A stretch of 64,000 nt of DNA from Haliotis rubra (Eukaryota): the NCBI RefSeq assembly GCF_003918875.1, contig NW_025767318.1, forward strand, positions 372,001 to 436,000, in the 5' to 3' direction. The first letter of the stretch is position 1, and each line of letters opens with the position of its first letter. Shown piece after piece: positions 12,513 to 25,029 of this stretch. The translations under genes were made by a program, and so were the position numbers. The notes below the pieces were generated by a model that saw nothing but the letters and a program-made list of their open reading frames with translations, was not told where the DNA came from and made no database searches.

Positions 12513-14368
12513 GTAAGCATCATGGGAATGCGTAGCTATGGTTATCCAACTTCCTCATCAATTCAACAGAGATGATACTATGGAAACAGAACTTCTATAT
12601 TACCATGAACGTGACGTTTCGGTTAAGACATTTACGCCTTTATTCAGAACAACTGAGATATTTCTATGGATACAGAACTGTTTTATTCAACAAATGCGGC
12701 GTTTTCGTGTAGAAATATCTCAGTTGTTCATCCCACTATTTACTTTCAAAAGGGTATTAATATTCCTCATCCGTTCATCATTTTATACCAGTTTGTATAT
12801 AAGTGAGTTGTGTTTTACGCCGTTTCATGCAGTATTTCGGCTATAGCACAGCGGAGAAAGAGCAGAGGGAGTGGCCACGTGTTACTAACGTGAAGCGACC
12901 AACCCAGGTCGAAGTATGTGTTACAACGGTTGCCAAGGATTGTTTCATTCCGCTAGGGGAATGGCAGCAAAAGCGAACAACAACAGCAGCAATTCCATGA
13001 CCGCAGAGCATTTCTGCCCATACAGCATGACAGATACTTCCATGCAGATAATGGACTCGTAGATCTCCATTTCTCTATCGGGAACACAAAGGTGTTTTAA
13101 TACACGGCTTTGATTTTGGTACCAAGTGCATTCCCGGCACTCTGTGTTTCCTGGTCCTCATTGATGATCTTTTCCAGGCCTCCAATAATTTCAATTAGTC
13201 TAAATAAATATATACTCCTAGACATAGTTTAAAGAACCAGCTTCGACACATTCCACTGAGCGTAAAAGACAAAATAGTCGTAAGAATAATATATAAATGG
13301 ATCACCGCAATATCAGTGGTAACACCGGGTGTGCGTGAACAGTATGGGTATGTTCTGCTATGCCGGTACCAAAATACATTAACAGATATAATTGGTAATT
13401 TATGTTTAATAACTTTATATCCAATATTTTCTGCAAACCAAAGACAGTATAGTCAACAGCATCGATACAAAGCATAATAACAGTTCAGTAAAATCTGTAC
13501 CTGCAAATATTCCGATCAAACAGGAATAGTCTTGAAATACAACCTTGTCTAACTCCAAATATACTTTAACGTACAACTGCTCCTTTAAATGTAAGACAAT
13601 TCTAAACAAAACTTTAGTTAGATATATCTTGTTTGTGAAAATAGTCTATCCGGTGTAAGATTATTCTTAATGGTATCTCACAATGAGAGGGATATATTGA
13701 TAAATACAGTCACGTTTGTGTTGTATCACAAGCTGGCAGTAACTTTAGCATTATTGGAAAATACTATTGCTGTTTGCTGTGCAACAACCTCTCCTTGAAA
13801 TTCAGAGAAATATCACAAGTGTCCATAAATGATATTTCTCTGTTTATGTTTATTGCTTTCCTTAGGTTTTGCTGTGGACTTTGTCCAGGTCGAATCCGTT
13901 GTTTAGTTCAACACTGTGGGTGATGGATGTGGTCCGTGTAGATGTATTTTACGACTTCGCTATAGTATCTCTTCATCTGAAGTGCCTTCTTCGTCATTAA
14001 TACCGCCGTGATGTTGCTGGAATATTGCTAAAGCGGCGTAAAACCAAACTCAGTCAGTCAGTCGTCATTAATACATGACACGTTTTATGGATAAGAACTT
14101 CTTTTTATTCTTTATACGACGTCTCAGAGCTAATCCTTGCTCCTTCCTCAGGTGAATGATGAATGATGCAGAAGCAAGAACTAGCTCTGAAACAGACACA
14201 CCTAGCTCGGAATGGACCCATACATATAAGGTTTAACATTTTCTTCAAGTCTTTACTGAATATCATGTACTCTGTGTATGTGGCTCATACTCTCAATCAC
14301 TGGTTCTATCAAGCAAACACTTGTAGCCCGGGTCAGGTGAATGTGATGTCCTTTTCCCCATTTTTTAG

Positions 14369-14570
14369 AGACATTTCCCCACAAATCTACACATCTGTGA
14401 GGATACACCGGGGAGCGTTACCCCACGGACTCGCTTCAGACAGGTTCAGAGTGGAAAGGACGCTGTTCCTCAACTACGACAACATCGCCCGCACAGTACA
14501 ACGTCGTCACATCCAGATGTGGAAGTCAACACTCACAGATATACCGACGTCGCCTTGTTATGCTTTATAA
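14369..14570 (+). CDS. Paralog A, coding exon 2
   Basis: ttttttag|A then DISPQIYTSVRIHRGALPHGLASDRFRVERTLFLNYDNI...CYAL*; same phase-2 intron position as B and D. Confidence 0.85.
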
Positions 14571-14699
14571 TTTGAAGTTTGTTGATATGTCTTGTTTCAA
14601 AATATTAAACTAAGTGTACAGCCTCCTCCTTGTTTACGTTCTAATAAGGTTGCAGGGCATTTATAAGCTTGCGGTCTAATTCGAATCAAGATTCGGTGT

Positions 14700-14817
14700 G
14701 GGCGGTGGGATAGCCTAGTAGTTAAAGCGTTCGCTCGTCACACCGAAGACCCAGGTTTGATTCCCCTGCCGTTATATTGCTGGAATATTGCTAAAAGCGG
14801 CATAAAACAGTACTCAC
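14700..14817 (+). mobile_element. tRNA-derived SINE family 1, internally deleted
   Basis: Head and tail consensus present; TSD TCAAGATTCGGTGT. Confidence 0.8.
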
Positions 14818-14979
14818 TCAAGATTCGGTGTACAAAATGACGTCCTGTAGCAGCCTAAATGGAATGGTAGTGGGTTCGAATCCCACAGTCTCCCCGATTA
14901 TTATCCTTGGTCTTTTAGCAACATACTGACGTTCGTGGGCCTAACCACAGTAGCAGACATATGTTTAATGTTTCCAGTG

Positions 14980-15315
14980 ATTCTCCCACGTTGGTAAATG
15001 CTCAGTGGCGTTGTGTTTCTCGTGGAGAAAACATTGGATAGAGACGTCACGCATTGACGGCGTTCTCAGTCATGGACAAAACATGTACAGTGACGTTACA
15101 CCGTGACAATATTCTCCGTCGCGGACTACTCATTGTAAAGTGACGTCACGCAGAGGCAAGGTTCACCCACGTTGACAAATGCTGAGTACACTGAGGTCAC
15201 GCACGCCTAACAACCTTCTGCGTCGTAGACATCACGCAGGGACCAGCTTCTCCGTCGTAGACAAAATATTGTACAACCACATCTCGTAGTCACAAGGTTG
15301 TCAGTCGTCGACGCT
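14980..15315. repeat. Diverged ~50-bp tandem repeat with recurrent GACGTCAC
   Basis: About 7-8 units resembling TTCTCCGTCGTGGACAAAACATTGTACAGTGACGTCACGCA. Confidence 0.6.
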
Positions 15316-15666
15316 ACATTTCAGGATTCATAACGTTCATCAGCTAACGTCACCAAATTCCATGACGCGTGGAGCAATGGCGAGCAGACATCAGAATGCG
15401 TCTCTGTTAACATAGTTCAGTTACAATGGCGATGTAGATAGTAGATGCTAGACATTTACTGACGCGAAAATATTCTGCTTTGTGTCACTTCATTAACATC
15501 GGCAGAAGGTAAAGTGAACATGAAGACAATGGTTTGGGAAATATAGAATATGTATGTTGCGGTAGCGACAGCTTCAACGTAGATGGTTTTGAGAGTATCC
15601 AAATGCTGTTTTCATTTGACTAATCACTGCTTGTTCGGATAGAAATTTCTTTTTGGCATCAAGCAG

Positions 15667-15773
15667 GGCCCCGTTTTACAAGCTATCGTAGCGCTACGAG
15701 TGTCGTACCTCCTGTACTGTAACACAGACTTACGACAGGTCGTATGGATACGACAACTTTGTGAAACGGGGCC
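15667..15773. mobile_element. PIF/Harbinger-like MITE
   Basis: TIR GGCCCCGTTT(T/C)ACAA and 3-bp TSD CAG. Confidence 0.75.
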
Positions 15774-16138
15774 CAGGTTGGAAACCATCTTGCGGGGATA
15801 CCGCACTAAACCGCAGAAATACACGCTGTCCTCGTGGATGATGAACCCGGCTTCAAACACAGCATACATCTCTACCAGACTTGTTGTTTCATGCCGTCAT
15901 CCACAGTCTTCTCAACTCGCGCCTTTCCCGCTTGTTCAGTCTTCTGGACCTGTCGAAAATTGTCAGTTCCGGAAGTGATTCTGCGACTGGCTATGACTAA
16001 AACTACGGGAAGTAACTCTAAATTACTAGCTGTCAAGACCGCTAGCAAAAGGCTACTGTTGCCTCAGTTCAACTGCTGCCACTCACAATCAACACAACTG
16101 CAACACATCCACCGCCACTTGCTACCCTTCCTATAGTC

Positions 16139-16568
16139 CCGGGATCGGGTGGTCAGGCTCACTGACTTGGTTGACACATGTCATCGGTTCCCAATTCCGC
16201 AGATCAATGCTCATGCTGTTGATCACTGGATTGCCTGGTCCAGACTTGATTATTTACAGACCGCCGCCATATAGCTGGAATATTGGACTGACTGACTGAC
16301 TTTGGTTTTACGCCGCTTTTAGCAATATTCCGGGGGCGGTGGGGTAGCCCAGTGGTTAAAGCGTTGGCTCGTCAAGCCGAAGACCCGGGTTCGAATCCCC
16401 ACATGGGTACAATTTGTGAAGCCCATTTCTGGTGTCCCCCGCCGTGATGTTGCTGGAATATTGCTAAAAGCGGCGTAAAACCAAACTCAGTCAGTCAGTC
16501 AGTCAGCAATATTCCAGCAACATCACGGCGGGGAATATTGGAGTAAAACTAAACTCACTCACTCACTC
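16139..16568. mobile_element. Triple-nested SINE cluster (family 2, then antisense family 1, then sense family 1)
   Basis: TSDs GGAATATTGGA and AGCAATATTCC delimit the two inner insertions. Confidence 0.85.
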
Positions 16569-16874
16569 CAACCTATATCCCAGCATCCCTTTTAACGAGA
16601 AACTCTACTCTTGCCTGATTGTCACTGACCATGCGTTTCAGTTACTGAAGCATTGTCGCGTCATCTTGCTGGGAAAAATATACAACGTCTATATGTTCCT
16701 GGGTCTTCACAGCGTTAAAAATCTTCAGTGAACCAGCTGATACTTAGAGGATATGAAACAAGCTTCTAATTCATATCAATGTCCTTTCACGATTGCAATG
16801 CGTGTCCCAAGTTTTATCAAAAGGACGCTTCACTTCATATGATGTAAATGGCACATGTTTTGTATCCTGTGTAT

Positions 16875-17253
16875 TAGGGCTGCGCTATATAACCGGTTTA
16901 CCGGTATTTACCGGTTCAGACATGAAAACGGTATGTATTGCGATACGCTGATCGAAAACCGGTATTTTGACATGCATTCGGAAAACTTCGTAACAATCGG
17001 AAATCTTCGGATATTTCCGTTTTTTAATTGTTCCTTTCCCTGTTTCATTAGTGCCAAATGTTACTTTCATTTTCATTTTGTCATGATTAAAAGTTTTTAT
17101 TAAAGGTTAATCAACCATAGTGATTATGTTGTGTTTATAAATAGTTTTTGTTAAAAAAATAATTCTTGCAATATATTGCAATACATATCGCAATATATGC
17201 TTCCGCATCGCAATATATCGCAATATGAAAATTCTCTGCAATACCCACCCCTA
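16875..17253. mobile_element. hAT-like non-autonomous element
   Basis: TAGGG...CCCTA ends, 8-bp TSD CTGTGTAT. Confidence 0.8.
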
Positions 17254-18264
17254 CTGTGTATTATCAAGAAAAGAGCTTAACCGAATTACGCAATGACCAC
17301 ACTGGATTCTGCGTTGGATATTGTCAACACAGAGCCGTATAACTTGGGAGCTAAATATAGAAAGTCGCATCACAGCCAACTACACTGTCGTCCTTTTTGT
17401 GGCATGTACTCGTGTTACGTTGACTTCCCTGAATTAATGTGCTTGGTTGCACCTGTATGTAAACAGATATCAGTTGTTGAGTATGTGAGCTCAGGTAGCC
17501 AGACCGCATGCTTGTATTTACGTTGGTATTGGATGCACTCTCTCGTCAGTATCGATAAGTTAGCTTAGCCATAGCTTATTGTTACAAACATACACAAAAC
17601 GCTGACAGGGTGTAGACGAGTTCTAGTCTGACTGACAAAAAACTTGTACATATGGGTTATCGAGTTGAGAATAGAACCTATAAACGTGTACGGACATTAC
17701 AAAGATAACATAGAACTAAAGTACTGTCGGAATTAGAAAAAAACTGTGTTTAGGCTGTTACTCTGTATCCCTAACATTTACACAATTGCAAATAGCATAT
17801 GTCGAAATAACCCACTTCGGCCTAACTGGGCGTTCAGTGGGATGCGTAATACGATATCCAGAAAAGCATGTTTACTCGTCAAATTGGGCAAAGCTTAGAT
17901 AAAAATACGAATAGTTGCTGAAAACAATAGATCAGACTATAGATGACAATTAGGTCGCTCAGCCAGGTATGACGACGGACCGTCGACTCACCTGGCATGG
18001 AATGCACGTGCTGCTTACAGCCACAAGTGGTCATCTCAAAGATATTTTGTGCTTTTTCATGTGTGTTGACTATGTCTCATCCATTGATTAACATCTTACA
18101 GACTGTACGTGTCTTTCTTTCATAAAGTTTATGTTGAGATATGTAAAAGAGTATGATACCTGATAACCATAGAAACTCATCGTAGTATATAGGTGGCATG
18201 ACCATCCGAAGATCGACAGGACTGGATATTATTTGTAAATTGTTTTGACGTGCCGTGTACCTCC

Positions 18265-18911
18265 TAGGGGTGGGTATTGCAGAGAATTTTCATAATGCGA
18301 TATATTGCGATGCGGAAGCATATATTGCGATATGTGTCGCAGGCTAATATCTGTCACTAACACTGCACCATACTTTCCAGCACTCTCACTGATGTTGGTG
18401 TAAACAGCCCACCTTACTTGTGGTCTGACTGGAACATCCTGGGTTTGGCACATGCAGTCCCTGCAAATGTTGCAGAGGCAGGTCACATGACTGCTCTCTA
18501 TAAAAACTACATGTGTCAGAGGCCCAGCACACACCATGTCAGGCAGCAACTTTAACATGTTGTTGTGACCCACAGGTATGTTGTGAATTTGGAATGATTG
18601 TTTTAATTCATTATGCAAAAGGTATTTATTTCTCAGGTATGAAGTATATTCAACATGATTTTAAACAATGTTATGGGGAAATTGCCAGTGATAACATTAA
18701 TTGTTTAAAATACAATTAATTCCATAGAATATATTTTGAGTATTTAATAATTGATAAACATTTATATTATCTGTGTAATGACACACACCATGTCAGGCAG
18801 CAACTTTAACACCCACAGGTTTCGTGCATACAATAAATATCATCAGCCAGAATGGACTTTGTAGTTCCTGCGACATATGTATTGCAATATATTGCAAAAA
18901 TTATTGCCCTA
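18265..18911. mobile_element. hAT-like non-autonomous element, same family as 16875, opposite orientation
   Basis: TAGGGGTGGGTATTGCAGAG end is the reverse complement of the 17253 end; 8-bp TSD GTACCTCC. Confidence 0.8.
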
Positions 18912-19785
18912 GTACCTCCCCAGTATAATTGCCCTAAAGGATTATCTCATCTTAGCTGATATCTCTATCCCCCAGCCCGACCCCAGGGTTTTGCTTTTGA
19001 GACGACCCCTCCTATCTGTTTCTTTTTATAGTGACAGTGAGACTGCATGGTATCTACATTCTTAATAGTTTCAGCATAAAAGTTATTATTTTTTACGTCA
19101 GCTATCGTTTATAACGAATCCACGTCTAATTTCAAATTGGGCATTTAAAAGTGTCCTTTGTAATACAATATCGTCGCACACTAATTTGCATAAAGCCATG
19201 CTCAGTTCTGCACTAATTTCCCCTCAGTAAAGTCCCTTTTCTCCGTTTCCTATCTCTCTACCACTGAGACTGTAGTTAGGCCGAACATAGTTTAACAGAT
19301 ATTTCACACTTTCACATATCAACTAAATAAATTGTAGAGATAAATGAGAAAATACAGGTTTTTTTCTATTTCCGACAGTACTTTTTTTTTTTTTTTTAGC
19401 ATATTGACTTTGATGAAGAAAGATCGTTTAAATGAGGCCCAGAAGAGCCAAGCTGTGAATACCGTGTAAACAAAGCATGAAACCCGTGGCAAGTGATTCG
19501 TGTTTAGATACGAGCGATCTTCCTTCTATTGTGTCGGAAAATTTGAATATCGTCAATATGAACACCTCACTACATCCTCAGGGTGGAATTATGCTCCGTT
19601 ATCATCCCTACAACTGCACGGCCACTCCCAGTACCATGTGTTTACGTTGACACTTGCTCAGGGTATGCATGGGGGGGGGGGCGACTACTCGCCACATACA
19701 ATTCATGACATCTTGTCAGAAGTGAACTTTATGATAGATAAACATGGTAAACTACACTCTCGAAAAAGCTGTTAATGGAATAAAC

Positions 19786-20297
19786 AACTCGCGTGGTGGT
19801 GGAGCTGGCTAAGGCGCCAGGCTAGTGATCCAGCAAGCTTGAGGTGCCGGGATCGAGCCCACCTGTGACCAGGTGTAAAAACCTTGGAGTCAACTTTGTG
19901 TGCAGACTCTTTCTGTGTTGTCACAACCCCTAGTGTACAGTACACAACCCTGTGCACTTAAAAGAACCCACCAATCCGTTGGTATATGACCAGATGGTGG
20001 CCACATGAATACGTGCAAACACCTAGTTGCGGGTACAGCAACGTGCAGTAAACTTGGACAAAGTACTGTGACTATGTGTCCCAGTCCACCCTGCTGTGGA
20101 TGGGTACCTCGTAAGGATGGGAAAGCGGCAGTTACTCGGTGCGCCTTGTGGCAGCAAGAGTTGTATGATCCCCAGGTAGTTGAGATAATGCGATGTGTGG
20201 TTGAGATTGACATCCAATGATCGAGGGGAAAATACCAGCGCCTTTAGCATGCACTAGTGCGTGGACATGTGCGCTATATAAATATCCAATAAAATAA
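19786..20297 (+). mobile_element. Long composite tRNA-derived SINE (family 4)
   Basis: tRNA-like head (TGGTGGAGCTGG...GGGATCGAGCCC), conserved-domain-like blocks GTGCACTTAAAAGAACCC and CCCAGTCCACCCTGCTGTGGATGGGTACC, LINE-like tail GCGCTATATAAAT plus A-rich end. Confidence 0.6.
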
Positions 20298-20301
20298 CAT
20301 A

Positions 20302-21140
20302 TACACTAAACGCCAAAAGAAACGTTACGCTCCTTCCTTAATGACGGAGGTACCTATCTTCAGCTGGCGTTGTGATGCGTAGACGCCCACTTCTTGGTCT
20401 GTCTTCGGTGACCCCAGTCTGTCTGAAGCCCTGACGAAATCTTATAACCGTGATACGGTTGCATCCGGGGACTGTGGCAACAGCATTGTATGTCGACCCC
20501 ATCTGCACCATCCCAACGGCTCTTCAGCTGTTAATCGTGGCATATTTCTCGTACTTGTGTATCATATCATGTATTCTAGGCTCTCTTCATACCCTACAGA
20601 ATCATTCTACATGTGAAATATTGCTGCGTTTTGGCGATTGATATTGCTATGTGGAAACACAAAATTGAAAAATGTTACTTTGCGAGCAAAAATGTTAAGA
20701 TAATTTTGTATGTTCCTAAACATTTTTTCACAATATCAAAGACACGTTTTGCTTTTTTCACAATATCAAAGAAACGTTTTACTTCATAGGAATGATTATT
20801 TTACAATTTTGCACACTCTTGTTTCTTGTTTTAATAGTTGTAAAATGGTGACTTTAAATGGTTTATCTTTGTCCCATAGCAGAATTCTAACCTTTCTTTT
20901 GGACATCTAAATTACTGTTATTGGTTTATGTCGGCATGGACGAAAATAGGACAATTTAACTCTTCTGAAAAAGATGCTTTTCACCTAGATATGAATGCGT
21001 CTGAGAATTTGTTTTTCGTGATTTGCATAAGGCTGTGTTGCTAAGCTTTCTTGTAAACTAATATCTTCTAACATATCTTTGATAGTTTTTAAGTAATTCA
21101 TAAACGTAGGAGGGTAACCTTTCTTTTGGCGTTCAGTGTA
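20302..21140 (-). mobile_element. Internally deleted Tc1-like element
   Basis: ~33-bp TIR TACACT(A/G)AACGCCAAAAGAAA(C/G)GTTAC(G/C)CTCCT; HTH remnant on minus strand. Confidence 0.8.
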
Positions 21141-21142
21141 TC

Positions 21143-21733
21143 AGTAAACTTAGGCTCAGTATTATTCGTTACACTGCTATACTGAGTCTAACAAACCCTA
21201 GTAGAAGGTCGCGTCAGCTAACCTTTGAGCGACCTATGACCGTCACATCAAACGCGAGACGGCCGAACGGATTTAATCAATCAGATAGCGACTACTTGGT
21301 AGGGTTCGGCGGGACTTACAAATCAGTTTTTGGATTTTCTCTTCCTTGGTCGCTGACTATGATCTATCAACAAACGAAAATCCGCACAAAACGCAGATAT
21401 TTGACCTGCAGTATATACGCTTAGGTGTTCCTAATGACATGGTTACTATTAGCTTAAATATATCCTTGAATATTGACAAAAACGCTATTTTCTGCGACTG
21501 TTTAATCATTCTGTCCTCCAAGTGTATCACTCAGACGCGATCGTGCGGAAAATAGCATTCGGAATCGTTCGAGTTGTTTAGGTAAAGGTTCAAACGGTAT
21601 GTGCGAATGTTAACTTTCGCGATTTGGTAAGTTGTGTTCTGATTGGTCAGTCCAAAAGATTAGCTGACGCGACCTTCTACTAGGGTTTGTTAGACTCAGT
21701 AGTGTAACGAATAATACTGAGCCTAAGTTTACT
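21143..21733. mobile_element. MITE with long (~70 bp) terminal inverted repeats
   Basis: AGTAAACTTAGGCTCAGTATTATTCGTTACACT...CCCTAGTAGAAGGTCGCGTCAGCTA is mirrored at 21661-21733. Confidence 0.85.
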
Positions 21734-21877
21734 TAGACTGTTTAGTGTATATAAGTACCACCCTATTAGATGTGAGTAATAGAATGGAAAACACTGAGGC
21801 GCAAGTAAAAGCCTTGCAGGATCGTGTGGAGTTCATGAGTGCACGCGCACGTTACGACGAGGTGTTGAAGGAACAGG

Positions 21878-22203
21878 TGAGGTGAGGTGAAATTGGGTTG
21901 AACGTCGTGCTTGAGAATATTTCGCTCATATGACGACGTGCATGCGTGTGTATGTGTATGTGCGGCTGCTTGTACTAGCCCAGACTTAAGCTGGTTTTAT
22001 AGTGCTAGCTCACTGAGATACCATGCTGCATTGAAGCATGAATACCCCACTCAGACACAGTATACTGACTCCCGAGCCTACCAGTCCTTGTTGTACCCAT
22101 TAATGCCGAGCGCCAGGCAGGGACCAACAAGTACCATATTTTAACGTCTTTTGGTATGACGCGGTCGGGGATCGAACCCGCGACGTTCCGCTCTCCGGGG
22201 GGA
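21878..22203 (-). mobile_element. tRNA-derived SINE family 3 with Meta/MESC-type central domain
   Basis: Reverse complement shows a B box then TCATACCAAAAGACGTTAAAATATGGTACTTG...CCTGCCTGGCGCTCGGCATT; TSD TTGAAGGAACAGG; second copy at 61195-61430. Confidence 0.75.
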
Positions 22204-22499
22204 TTGAAGGAACAGGCTGTGGCAAATGAAGAGATAGGAGCCATTAAGGACCGGCAGAAAAAAACACTTAAAGACCAAATGACAAAAAACCATCCACTGC
22301 ATCGAAAGCATGTCAAATGAATTACATGAAGTGTGAGAAGACCTGCTTGAGCAGCTGTGGAGATGGATGCGAAGAAGAGCTGACCTGAGAACGGGTTCAC
22401 CATAGAGGGCCTCACCGACACGGTAGAACGCGCCCGATTGTAGCACACTTCTTGAAGTACACCCAGCGTAAGACTGTTCGAAGCGCCACTCCATCAATG

Positions 22500-22675
22500 C
22501 TCCGAGGCATTGCGTCCCATCGGGGATTCGAACCCACACCCTCAGAGCCAGGCACCTAATCGCCAGCACACAAATTCCACATAGTGTGGCTGAGCAGGTT
22601 AGGCGGCTGACTTTGTGTGCTGGCGAATAGGAGCCTGACTCTGAGGGTGTGGGTTCGAATTCCGGATGAGACTCA
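22500..22675. repeat. Head-to-head inverted pair of tRNA-like SINE heads
   Basis: GGATTCGAACCCACACCCTCAGAG...CGCCAGCACACAAA is mirrored by TTTGTGTGCTGGCG...CTCTGAGGGTGTGGGTTCGAATTCC. Confidence 0.75.
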
Positions 22676-22779
22676 ATCCAAAAAAGTTCTAGCAATTGTA
22701 CTTTCCTAAGAAAGTGGAATCCCAAATGTAACATATGTTACATTTGACCACTTTCTAAATGACATTTGTGTATTTAAAA

Positions 22780-23440
22780 CACTGGTGTTTTCCCGAAACC
22801 ATGGATGTACGGAATAATACACCCTATCTACAAGAATACAGGAAAAACAGATGACCCCGAACTGTTTCCAGCAAATTATTCACCTCTGTACTAGACAACC
22901 GACTCACAAAGTATCCAGATTCATCCTACGTAATCTCCGAAGCACACGCTTGATTCAGGAATCACTACTCTGCAAGTGATCACATCTTTAGTCTTAACTG
23001 TCTATCGGAATTCTTTGCAGTTTTTATAGATTTCGAAAAAGCATTCGACAGTGTTTGGAGAATAGGACTTTGGAGCAAGTTATTACAGCAATGAATCAAC
23101 GGACGTTTCTGTAGAATAATCCAAAACATGTATAAATCAATACTATCATGTATCCAGCAATAACATAAAAAGATCTTTCCATGCAATAAAAGGCATCAGG
23201 CAAGGTGAAAACTTGACCCATATGCTAATTGCACTATACCTCAATGACCTCGAAGTATATATCTCGAGTAACCTGCGATGAAATATTATATACGTGGATG
23301 AAGAAATAAACACTCAGTCAGGCTATGACCTACTATGCAACCAACATCATTATGCATTCATTTATGGCCCGAGTTACAGCAACAACTCGTTGTAATCATC
23401 GAATGTCGAACTTAAACTGAAGATTAACGTCAAAAAGATA
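22780..23440 (+). mobile_element. Degenerate LINE reverse transcriptase fragment (RTE-type)
   Basis: Remnants IITPIYK, FIDFEKAFDSVWRIGLW, GIRQGENL with stops and frameshifts. Confidence 0.7.
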
Positions 23441-23773
23441 CGCATCTTTTAAAAAATTATACGCATAGATGATTGATTTTGAAACTATTGGACTCATGAA
23501 GCTGCGACAAAAACAAAATAACTATGCTAATTCTTTCCAAAACGTCATCTTTGTGTGATTGTAAACAGCTTCAGCGCCAAAACGCGGCAATTTTAACTTT
23601 TTCCCTTGTAGAAGTGTTTGAAGAAATATTCGCCAAATCGTCACCGAGAAAAACATGCAAAGCAAAATGCACGTGCAAGTAAGCGGAAAAGCATGCGACA
23701 TCGATCACTATAAAAAGGTAAACATTGTGTTTAATTTTGCCATTCGTTTTTGCCTGGAAAAGAGGAAATCATC

Positions 23774-24290
23774 ATGTCATGTCTGAGTGCCGCCAATCAA
23801 AACATCGCCATAGGCCGCCTTGAAGCTGGGGAGTCGCAGTCTGCAGTTGCCCGACATTTCAACGTTCATCAGAGCACCACATCTCGCCTTTGGGATCGTT
23901 TCCTGCAGACCAATTCCGCCCGAGATGGCCCGAGAAGCGGCCGTCCAAGAGTTACCACCCAAGCCCGAGACCGCTACATCCGGTTGCTCACTTGCGTCAC
24001 CGTCCAAGAAGACCATTTGTTGCCCCTGTTTTGAGAGACTTCGATCGGTGCAATCACTTGCGGTGGTGTCGTGGAGTCCGAAACTGGAAGTCTTCTTCAC
24101 CGGCGAGGTGGAACACAGCGTGTTTACCGTCAATGAAATTAACGTTTTGCCCATAATTGCATTCGACAGGTCAACAGATTCGGCTGAGACAGTGTCATGG
24201 GGTTGGGTAGGATATCCAGTACACAAAGATCTGATTTAGTGGTGGTTCAGGAGAATTTGACAGCAAATCGGTACATCAACGAAGTCAGAT
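23774..24290 (+). mobile_element. Tc1 transposase N-terminal (paired-like HTH) fragment
   Basis: AIGRLEAGESQSAVARHFNVHQSTTSRLWDRF...RSGRPRVTT...DRYIRL. Confidence 0.85.
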
Positions 24291-24575
24291 GTTTGATAGG
24301 CACAAGTTGGTAGGTAATACAACATACTGGTATTGCACTCTTCATGATTTACACACACGATTGTACGCTTATACTTGCCCCTTCATCAGGTTGACAGTGA
24401 ATGTTACAGAGGTATATATTACAGGAAGCCACAGAGTTGTTTTTACAAATGTATTTATAGTATGTACATGAAGCCACAGAGTTGTCATTACAACAGATTG
24501 GTGAGGGGATTAAGTTAAATACATACTGTTTGTACAACATGTTCACATAAGTGATAGAATTGTGTTGAGATAGAA

Positions 24576-24960
24576 TTATGATATTATTTTGGGTTGCATG
24601 TGACCTTTAATGCACCAAGCATTGGGAAGGAAGACACCCTGGTCCCTATTCAACTCCGGTTTGGAACGTTTGATGTGGATAGCTTCCATTAATTTTCGTT
24701 TACGCCAATTGCTAATGTTGACGGCTAAGATTTCTGTGTGTTGCCAGTTGCTGGTATGGTCAGGATTCTTAACTAAGTGTTCAGAAAGAGCTGATATTAA
24801 GTCTGATTTGTTGACAGATGTTTTGTGCTCTTTTATCCGAGTTGCAATAGGTCTGCCAGTCTCATCGATGTTAGTGTCACCACAGTTACATTCCAATTTG
24901 TAGACACATCCTGTTGGGTTAGGAGTGATGTTGCAGCTGCCTTTGCCATTGACTTTTAGT
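24576..24960 (-). mobile_element. Penelope-like element GIY-YIG endonuclease remnant
   Basis: CNCG..I.ETGR.IATRIKEHK...SALSEH...KRKLMEAIHIK...LNRDQG. Confidence 0.8.
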
Positions 24961-25029
24961 AGTCTGCGTTCCGCTCTTGATAGAGAGCTTGTTCTGATGC
25001 ATCAGGATTTTGTACCGCAGGGTCACTCT

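Noticed and set aside
16332-16405. tRNA gene (and similar copies across the window)
   Set aside because: The A/B-box head continues into a SINE body with a microsatellite tail and TSDs; it is a SINE, not a tRNA
24340-24400. Hammerhead ribozyme next to the Penelope remnant (CTGATGA on the minus strand)
   Set aside because: No matching GAAA core or closing stems visible; at best a decayed remnant
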